Below the pieces are notes generated by a model that did no database searches, was not told the DNA's origin, and saw nothing but the letters and a program-made list of their open reading frames with translations. The translations under genes were made by a program, and so were the position numbers. DNA of 59,159 nucleotides, the filler included, from Sphacelaria rigidula (lineage: Eukaryota), in the NCBI GenBank assembly GCA_964200075.2. It is 7 parts of 7 records of this genome, joined end to end, with 100 filler letters (N's around TTAATTAATTAA, not from the genome) between each part and the next. Parts side by side here need not be neighbours in the genome. Positions count along the whole stretch, not along the records: positions 42,330 to 50,694 come from CAXNAA020011377.1; positions 50,795 to 59,159 come from CAXNAA020011378.1; 5 more parts are not named here. One strand, written 5' to 3'. Positions within the stretch are counted from its first letter, which is position 1. Each line of letters opens with the position of its first letter. Positions 50,436-59,159 of the stretch are shown here, in pieces.

Positions 50436-50944
50436 CAAAACAACAACCACGCGAGCCCTCGCCAGAACGATAAAAATTCTCGTGACAACAAACGTTCCGC
50501 TGATAGACACCAGCGGACGGGACGGACACAAAGCTCGAATCCCAACACCAGAAACCCTGGTACCTTCACTACGAATCGCCTATATCCATGACGTGCCGAC
50601 GCCGGCGTTCTTCGGTCTTCCACGCCGTCGACAGCACGAGCGAAAGAGTCATCCTACGATAGGGGGGGGGGTATTTTGGGCCATTTGTTGCTCGNNNNNN
50701 NNNNNNNNNNNNNNNNNNNNNNNNNNNNNNNNNNNNNNTTAATTAATTAANNNNNNNNNNNNNNNNNNNNNNNNNNNNNNNNNNNNNNNNNNNNGGTATT
50801 ATCAAAATGAACAACTCTACTGGCCACATATGTGACTCCTCCATGGGAGAGTCAGCGGTGGAAACAGTGCAAGACGGGAAAACATCGCAACAGCAGTCGC
50901 CAGAGGAAGACGTTGAAGTTATAGGTTTTGGTACATCGGACCCG

Positions 50945-51395
50945 GCCTCCGATACTCTACTCAAGTTTTGAGTTGGTCGAGTACGACCTCAAATACCCTA
51001 CTCAAATTTTGTGTACGAGGAGTACGGCCTCAAATAATCTACTCAAATTTTGAGTAATTCGAGTACGACCTCAAATACTCTACTCAAATTTTGAGTACGT
51101 TGAGTACGGCCTCCAATACTCTACTCAAATTTTGACTTGATCGAGTACGACCTCAAATACTCTACTCAAATATTGAGTACGCACTCTCACTAATACTTGA
51201 GTATATAGTATCACTTGAGGATGACCTCAATACTCTGCTCCAATTTTGAGTACGCTGAGTACGGCCTGAAATACTCTACTCAAATTTTGAGTACGTTGAT
51301 TACGACCTCAAATACTCTACTCAAACTTCGAGTACCAAAAGTATGACTCTTCAAAAATACTGAGTATTGAATATACTCTACTCGACCTACCCTTG
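50945..51395. mobile_element. Right part of the CAAGGG MITE family with a 41-bp tandem array
   Basis: About nine units of atactctactcaaattttgagta....gagtacgRcctcaa, ending in ctcgacctacccttg like 13176-13190. Confidence 0.85.
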
Positions 51396-51829
51396 TGTAT
51401 ATTGAAAGGACAATATTTGAGCTGACTCCAATACAAAGTATTGGTATCATATTGGAACATATTGTATTGTCCAGGGTATAAGCAACACAGCCCCGGTGAC
51501 CACAAGGGTACCGAAAGGTGCATATCAACCCGCGTTTTCAGTCATCGTGATGTTTAGCCAAGATATATCAATTACATATTGTGAAGGGGATGGGCGGTCT
51601 CGCACCGGTGACCAGATGGGTATCAGAAGGCGTATATACCGGGTCGCCTCTTCCGTCACCATACTTTCTGACCAGTGTATATATATATATATATGTCAGC
51701 GCATTCAACAACTCTTTCCCGTAGTAATGTACGCGGACTTCTGCGGCTCGTTTCAAAGCTTTTCCCAATCTGGACGGGCTCCGGCATCCACGCGTCTGGA
51801 CCTTTCTTAAAGCGTACACCATAATTAAA

Positions 51830-52142
51830 ATATCCAATATATATGTATTGACCGGCCAATATACTAGCACCCACGCTGCCCCAATATATATTGACCGGTC
51901 AATATGCTCTCATCAATGCGACTCTAACATATATATTGGTCGTACAATATGCTGTCGCCCACGCTGCCCCAATATATTTTGATGGGACAATATGTGTTCA
52001 ACCCCATAGTACCCTATATATTGGGTGGGCAATATATATGCAGTCCCACGACATCAATGTATATTACGCAGGCAATTTACAGCAAAATTTCAATATGATC
52101 GACTAATATGTATTGAAAACATATTGCATTGTCCAGGGTGTG
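51830..52142. mobile_element. MITE end (…tgtccagggtgtg) with palindromic caatat/atattg subterminal repeats
   Basis: Terminus shared with 15320-15332; cccacgctgccccaatatat is repeated. Confidence 0.6.
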
Positions 52143-54560
52143 CAATATTTACGGCAGAACAGACGGTACATGCAATTGGTAAACAGTGAGCCATTTCTTC
52201 TGTCCGAGAAGCACACCCGACTGTTGTTGCTCCTAAATTACTGAACACCTTGTCACATCAGGCATGACGTTGGCACCTGGGCGAGGGCGAGCCGTAGGGC
52301 TGTCGCACAATGGCTGGGCATTTTTGAGCCTTTCTTATGCTTCTCAAGCACACATCTTACTTCATTCTGTGCGTGTTATATTTTCGCCCTCCCGCCGCAC
52401 CCGAGTACAGGGAATCTGCCCGCGGCCACTACCAGCCGCAACGCAAAGATTTGCTCGGGTCTCACAAAAACGTCAATACGATGCATAGCTCCGAAGTGTG
52501 GATTTTCTAAGTCAGTGCTGGTCTTGGTCAACGCGACCTCTTCATTGTGGCACTATCAATGTTTGACCGCGGGGCCTCCGCACTTGTATTCTCCTTGTGT
52601 GTGTGTCCTTCTGAACACGTAATATATCCCACCATTCGTAGTTGCCTATCAAAAACGGGGGCGGCGGTGCTGCCGTATTTCCGACATCGATTTTTTTTGC
52701 TCATGCATGGTGATCAGAAAATGAGAGTATGTGATGTTCCTCACATCCGCAGCTACGCAATAGCCCCGAAGAGTTGCACTTCGAGGAAACTTCTGCTATA
52801 GATTGCCCTGTGCCCAGGGCGCTTCCAAATACAATATATTTCGGTGTTTTCAAGTACACGTACGAGACTTGCGCCCCGGTATGCCAGACTGTAAGTTGCA
52901 ACTACTGTTTCTCCAGCAGACAGGAGACTGCGTCAAGCGTCAAGCAGCTGCACGCTGGGCCAAGGGGCCCCATATCGGGAAATGACAGCACCACCACTGC
53001 CAGGTCGACCAAACCTCACCCTAGGGTTGTAGGAGGAAAGGGGGGGGACCCCCGGGTACCCTATTTGAGGAGGGGGGGGGTACGCCCCTGATCGATCGAT
53101 AATCGCGATAGTAGTTGCTGTGTGTGTGCGCATCGGTCTTACGCCGTGTCTTATCAAATTGTTTTCGACTCGAAAACATGCAGTCGAATCGGATTGGTCG
53201 CCACGAGGCTTTATCAGATACGTCCACGGCATGTATGTTCTCAGATGGCTTCAAATCTATTTCATGATTGGTTGCGTGCGACGGGCAGGGTCAAAAACAG
53301 AAAAGCTGAGCTTTTTAGAGCGAAACGAGCGGCAGAATAAACGAAGGGGCTCGTAACTCCTATGTTGAAGGCAACCGTGCCAGATACTACCCTTTCACAG
53401 GATCACGCGAAAGCCAAATGGTTCATTCGCAGCTACCTACTCAACCCTGCGGCATAGATCACGAAATAAGCACAGGGATACATACACCGCAGTGATATGA
53501 AACCGACACCACCTCTCTTTTGGCATGATGTGTTCCTTCTTGTTGGCGAAAACTTGGGCATCTAATTTTGTGCCAGGGTCCACCGACCGAATTGCGTGTG
53601 TGGGTGAGCGATCGAATTGCCAACGCGCTCATGGACAGCAGAGGCGGTGCAAAACTACACGTGGTTCTGATCTGCTTCGCATCCTCCTGTATGCAGAGAG
53701 TCAAAAAGCTGTGCTGTCTGTATGTCGCGTTGCCCGCTTCTTCTCCACATCACGCCTGCATGCTGTGCGAAACACACACACCATCTAGACAGTACAGGCC
53801 GCCACTGTTGTACAGTGGGTACTGTCTGTACTGTACTGCCTATTGAATATAACTAAAGAAGTACCGCTTCATGAATTTCGCTTAGCCTTTTCGATTCAAA
53901 GTGTGCAAATTCACTCGGACCCAAACATAGCAAAGCGAACTGAATCAGTGCCGCCGCACGAACTCGTTCGAGTCGAATTATTTTTGATCAGACACGGCCT
54001 AAGAGCACATATCAATGTACGGTACATAAAATATGCTGGTTGCTGCTATGTTCGACACTGCGAACCAACCGCAGCGTGACGCCTTCGGCCGTACTACCTG
54101 CTTACTGCACAGCGGCCGGGTTCAGGGTGATAAAGCACACCGCAGGACGTCACATCCTTAGCCTATTCCCGTCCTGCATTGATTTCGCTTGTCCTATGCA
54201 GTTTGCCACATCATGAACGCAGCCGCTTGTATCTGCGGCCAACGTGTACGCAGGATATCACCCCTCGCTACGCGCTATATCGCTACGCCACATTTTGTAA
54301 AGCTATCCGTGCTGTAGGTACAGCGTGCGTTTGCCCCAGGTGACGCACACAAGAGTGAAAGGCCGCCTCCGCCGCTGTAATGGCTGCCTGTACCTTGGGC
54401 GAAGCTGTGTGGTAACACAGCCGCGGATGGTGCACTCACATACACCGAAAGTTGAGACCGGCGTCAAGAATAGATGGGACGACAGCACACAAAACGCACT
54501 GTGCGCAGTACACTTTTAACATCGTGTTTGCTCTGACTGTAGAAATCTTTGTCTACAGTT

Positions 54561-54637
54561 TGGTACATTTCCACATATAATGCAGGGTCTGGTACATCTC
54601 CACTTAGAATGCAGGAATCTGGTACATTTCCACATGG
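54561..54637. repeat. Minisatellite, 29-30-bp unit, about 2.6 copies
   Basis: tggtacatYtccac occurs at 54561, 54590 and 54620. Confidence 0.85.
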
Positions 54638-56113
54638 AAACGTATGTAGTGTTACTCAGTGAGATCGTGAAAAAAATCCGCAACATCTGGGCGAACCGCA
54701 AGTAAGGCAATCGCCGAAAGATTCACCTGCTAACTCTGCTCCAGTGCACTGTATGCTGATATCGCTAGAAGGACACGACGATAACCATCTTGCTCGCTGC
54801 CAGACTGTCACAGACTGTCAGGACGTAGGATTCGCTAGCATTGCTACTTTCTGTACGGGGGTGTTGCCCCCTTGTCGGGTACGCGGGGAAGGGTCCGTGG
54901 CAGAACGCAGTGGTCGCGTCCAGCACCTGGACGCTGGGCGTCCTCACTCAAAACTTCGATTTGGAGGATGATTCTACGTAGGCAGCAGCAACTGCTGTGT
55001 GTCCAGGCGCGCCTTGTAGGAGGATACGTTTGGTTTCTGTTTGACACAGGTTTTCCCAAAAATCCGACAGCAATAGGGGTTTTAGACTGGAAAATCCAGC
55101 AAAACAAAAGTCGCGAAAAACCGGTTAGTCGAATTTTTACCCGCAGCAGAAACCAAATTTAATTCGTGAAATTGAAATCTTTAACCCATTGATGATGAGC
55201 GGGAAAATGCCAAGTATTTGTTGGCAGTGTAACGGTGTCGCCATCTTCTGGTACTTGTGTGCGTCGCAGATGAGCGAATTTCAACTGTATATTTTTGGCC
55301 GTATAAGAAGTGCAACGTCGGTGATGACGGGGAAATGAACATGTCATCGCGTGGCCGTTAGCACGGGCTCCAATTTCACCATGAAGGGTTTGGGAGTTTC
55401 GAAGCTAAAAAGCTTACGTTTCATGGATAGTCCACTGTAGCGCTGAAGAGCATTCTGAAACCTGAGTGTCCTCCTATTTCGATTCGTGTACAAGGAAGCT
55501 GTTCCGTTACACGAAAAGCCGGTCCGCGAGGTCCAAGGCCCTTCCTGAAGATAAGAATCTAGGTGCAACTAGTGTCGAAGGCCATGGTTGAGTGTGCGGT
55601 GAGACGACGTGGCTAAGTCAATTTCGAGGGGTGCTAAAAATGTAGTATAAACAACGTTCTCGTGAGATTGAGAGTCGAGCGCTGGTTGAGAGTGGCCTTG
55701 GTAACTCGCTTCACCTAGCCATTTTTTCATTTTGTGTGTCCTTTTCTTTGCCTCTATCACTAGCGTGTGCTTACAGCTCAGCTACACATCGATACCCTAC
55801 TCAGGGATATCAAGGGCCGCAGTGGCAAGCTACTACAGAAAGCATATCGGGCCTCGTGGAGGGGCCTTTCGGAACTGAAACGATTTATTCACTTATTGAC
55901 CGCTTTTCACTCTCAATCGTATCCTCTACTCTCAATCTCAGGAAAACATTGTTTATAGTCTTCATGGGATTGACAGAGGATTGAGCGGGCGGTTTCTCCC
56001 AAGACTACACGGGGATGCGGGAGCAACCTCTTGAAACCGTTTTGCTTTGCGCCGCCTGATCCCCCTCCCACCCCTGCCGTCCGATCTGCTTGTCCCACGC
56101 GAACCGTTACCAG

Positions 56114-56222
56114 CTTCAAAACGAGATTCGCTCCAACTTGGACGACTTGCGGGTTATCAAGTCGGAAATTGTTGGCGCAGCAAGGTTACCGTCGACGGTC
56201 ACTTCAACGGCACACCCTGGCA
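56114..56222 (+). CDS. Orphan internal exon, amphipathic/coiled-coil peptide
   Basis: Pyrimidine-rich acceptor ...ttaccag| and donor |gtgagt; encodes LQNEIRSNLDDLRVIKSEIVGAARLPSTVTSTAHPG. Confidence 0.55.
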
Positions 56223-56243
56223 GTGAGTCATCTTTTTTTTTTC

Positions 56244-56645
56244 CAGGGATGTGCACGGAGGAAATCGCGTTTTTCTTGTTCTTGCTCTGAGATCAACAGT
56301 AAAACAATTTTGACGCAAACAAGGGCAAAGAAAACAGCTGATGATAACGAGGGATCGAACCCGCGTGTTCGTGTGGCAATATACATCGTCTTCCTCCCTC
56401 AGGAGCCATTTGAAAAAAAAATCCGCGGTTTGAAATCCGCGGATTTTCGCCACGGATTACGCTGTAAATCCATAGCAGGAGCTGGCAGGAGCCGTAATAT
56501 GACTCCGTTCGAAGCGGAATGTGCGCGGATGGAGTCTTCGTACCGGTTACTTTTTCGTGTTTCCTCTTTTACTCATGTTTCTTCTTAGTTCTGACGCTAC
56601 AGTCTTCAATCCGTAAACCCACGGTTTACTCCGCACATATCCCTG
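56244..56645. mobile_element. hAT-type MITE
   Basis: Imperfect TIR cagggatgtgcacggag / ctccgcacatatccctg, 8-bp TSD TTTTTTTC on both sides and repeated ccgcgg/acgga motifs. Confidence 0.8.
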
Positions 56646-56998
56646 TTTTTTTCCCCCGTCGAGGACGCCCGCCGGTGTCCGAGCCGTACACGACAGGCAG
56701 CACAGGATTGAGATCGCGCCTGCCCTTTTTTTGTTGCGGGTGGCCGTAATTGACCAGAGCATGATCTACCCTCTTCCCGCCACCCTCGCCTCTCCCCCGT
56801 ATGTCGTCGGACAGATGAATTATCCAGTAACTCCCTGCCGAAAGCATATCGAACGACTTCATCCACCCAACGTGATTAACAAAACATAGTCCGGGGCGAT
56901 ATACTCACGTTCCCTGTAACTTGAATGAAATTGTGGGCAGGTCCCCAGAACAGGAATCGTTAGTCAACGGAACGCTGTTTCATATCCCCCTTGATGCT

Positions 56999-57306
56999 GC
57001 CGCGCCCCGGTGGTGTAATGGCCCGACTGTCCGCCATTAGGGTGGAGAGAACGAGGGTTCGATTCTCGATGTTTTTTTTGTTTTTGTTTTTTTCCTTCGT
57101 AATATGTGATTTTCCACTGTGGAAAGCGTGATAACGTGAGTAAACAAAGAAGTCGACTGAGGTTGTTTTGACGTTAGTTGATGCGGTGCGGGAGTGTTAG
57201 TCATGATCCAATCTGCGAGATCAAAATGCAAGGCGTGTACCGGGGAGAGATGGGTTGATCCCTTGAGACCACGGACTCGTCCCGAGGAAGGGTAGGGGTT
57301 CAAAGT
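56999..57306 (+). mobile_element. Full-length tRNA-derived SINE family B (about 300 bp)
   Basis: A box TGGTGTAATGG and B box GGTTCGATTCTC; at least six copies or fragments in the window. Confidence 0.85.
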
Positions 57307-58217
57307 ACTACGACTTTTTTTTTTCAAACACCGATTTCAGGACGAGGGATAAGTACTAGGAGAGTCAAGCTCATCAGGGTCCGAACACCGTGTGGTGCGG
57401 GGGGACAATGACAAAGTGACAGCATGGGCTTGTGCAAGAAGCTCTCCGTCAATACCCGTGATTGCTGCATCATTGAAGCTTTAGACACAATCATACCCCA
57501 CGCCATGGTGTGTCCGACGTTGTATTTTTACAATTAAATTTGTTTACGAACGTTCAACCGTCCGGCATGGCGAGTGTTTGCGTTTCATGCCACAATGCCA
57601 TATAGCCCACATCCTCACGGGAACAAAATACCACAGACTAAGCGAGTTCTTGAAGTAAGCTCTCTTGAATGACCTATCTACGTTCAGTGGAGCCGCTTTG
57701 AAATGTCTTGACCTTGGTGTGGACTACGGCCGTCATGCTGTCATGCTGCTAGCCGTGATGACTGACGCGTGTCAAGTTTTTACACCCTTCGCCGATGCGA
57801 ATTGTGAGGGCAGCGTATTGGGATAGAATTCAACAATATAATGTACTGTATATCAGCACATCGGTGCGGTCGACACATCGCGAGTATATCGGTGGTTGTG
57901 CCTTCAGGCCGCACGTGAGAGCGCAGCCCGAGCCAAAACGCCTCCCATGGCTAGTGAGGGGTCCTCGCTTGAAGCGCCGCCGGAAGACATACGTATAACC
58001 GCAAAAAAAGTGCCGCAGAACGGCGAACGGATGTGAGAAAATGTGACCGATTCCATCCCTCTGTGATAGCGCATGAAATATCTTTTGCGGAAACCCTCCT
58101 TCCCTGCTGCCCTGTGGGACAGATATCCAGGCGGTAATCAAGCACCGACGTGGCACCTTTTCACATGACGCAAGATATGTGGTCACTTCCCCCTCCCGCC
58201 CCGCGTGACTGTCTCTT

Positions 58218-59159
58218 CAAGTGGTGATACCAGAACGTGAAGCAGCTCGATCGAGGCTGTTATCCGCATGCAAGAATATCAGTATACTTCGGGCGGAAGG
58301 ATCTTTGCAGGATGCAGCTCACCCCTCATGCGACTCGCCGAACACGTCACAGCGCTTCGCGCCCGGCGACTGATTGCGAACCTGGTCTGGCGAAAACCTG
58401 GTGTGCTCCGTCCGGGCTTTGTAGAGATGCGAGGTCAATGGTCACATGACTACGGCATGCAATATTACCAGTACCCCCCCTTCCCCCCTCCCCCCTCCCC
58501 CCCCAACCTAATCCGGCAAAATACCCGGCATGCTCCGTCCCGGCTTTGCAGGGGCGGATACCCCCATGGGATTGGCGTCGGTTGGCGATAACGCTGTTAA
58601 ACATGCCACTCACTACGTAAGCTAGGCAACCACGTCACCGATTTCTTTCGCGCGCTTGCTTTTTTTTTTGCGGTAACCATGATGATGGTCGAGCTATCAT
58701 GTTGTGCGGGGTGGGAGAACGTCAACTCCGCGCGAAGGGGATGATCGTACCACGTAGTCTTTAAATGTTGAGACATCCATGAGGTAGAGTCGAATCGTGA
58801 CTGTCCCTGGAAGTGACGATACCAGAAAATTAAGCAACTCGTTGGAGGCTGTCATCCAAATGCAAGGTAATCAGTACGCTTCGGGCCGAGCGATCTTCGC
58901 AGGATGCGGCTCACCCTTCATGCGACTCACCGAAAACACTGCGGCGCTTCGTGGTTGGTGATTGAGTGCGAACCTGGTCCGGCGAAAACTCGGCGTGCTC
59001 CGTCCCGACTTTGTAGAGATGCGAGGTCAATCGTCATGTGAATATTGGCATGCAGGATCATGGGTACCCCCCCCCCCCCCAACCTCCATCTCGAAAGGGA
59101 TGCGTGGTCAATGGTCAAACGACTAAGGCAAGCAACAAATTAGTACGCCCCCAACCTCC
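58218..59159 (+). repeat. Repeat family A, partial tandem copies showing the full modular layout
   Basis: 58218-58480 repeats 58810-59080; the about 40-bp module X lies at about 58388, 58513 and 58979. Confidence 0.9.

Larger units (their letters stand above)
8368..50794. other. Six artificial 100-bp scaffold spacers (8368-8467, 16835-16934, 25300-25399, 33765-33864, 42230-42329, 50695-50794)
   Basis: Each is an identical N-run/TTAATTAATTAA/N-run (stops in all six frames) separating segments of near-identical, descending length. Confidence 0.97.

Noticed and set aside
50945-51395. CRISPR-like array (also 12660-13190)
   Set aside because: The palindromic units are directly tandem with no unique spacers, are bounded by a transposon TIR, have no cas genes nearby and sit in eukaryotic DNA.
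52918-54519. Two phase-compatible candidate exons (about 52918-53002 and 54318-54519)
   Set aside because: No recognisable protein similarity and a weak donor site; not supportable without RNA data.
56999-57075. Genuine tRNA genes (also about 1410-1484, 21820-21904, 25520-25590, 34895-34965)
   Set aside because: A and B boxes are present, but there is no proper cloverleaf and each continues into a repeat body.

Overview
This window is not one locus. It is seven unrelated, length-sorted scaffolds (1-8367, 8468-16834, 16935-25299, 25400-33764, 33865-42229, 42330-50694, 50795-59159; 8367, 8367, then five of 8365 bp) joined by artificial 100-bp N/TTAATTAATTAA/N spacers. The DNA is eukaryotic, intron-rich and repeat-rich. 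It is most likely a brown alga or related photosynthetic stramenopile, an inference from long introns, the repeat types and a thylakoid-targeted protein. Host genes appear as partial exon sets: a CLC chloride channel (4 exons), an MFS-like transporter, a Tat-targeted thylakoid phosphoglycerate-mutase-like protein and an orphan exon. Mobile DNA dominates: a complete non-autonomous Copia-derived LTR element with TA...TA ends, two decayed Ty3/Gypsy copies whose integrase ends in a chromodomain plus a PWWP/Tudor-like domain, a Gag relic, a piggyBac relic, several MITEs, tRNA-derived SINEs (one capped by fold-back hairpins) and a very high-copy modular unclassified repeat. No CRISPR array or prokaryotic system is supported. 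All domain calls are by-eye motif recognition, not database results.
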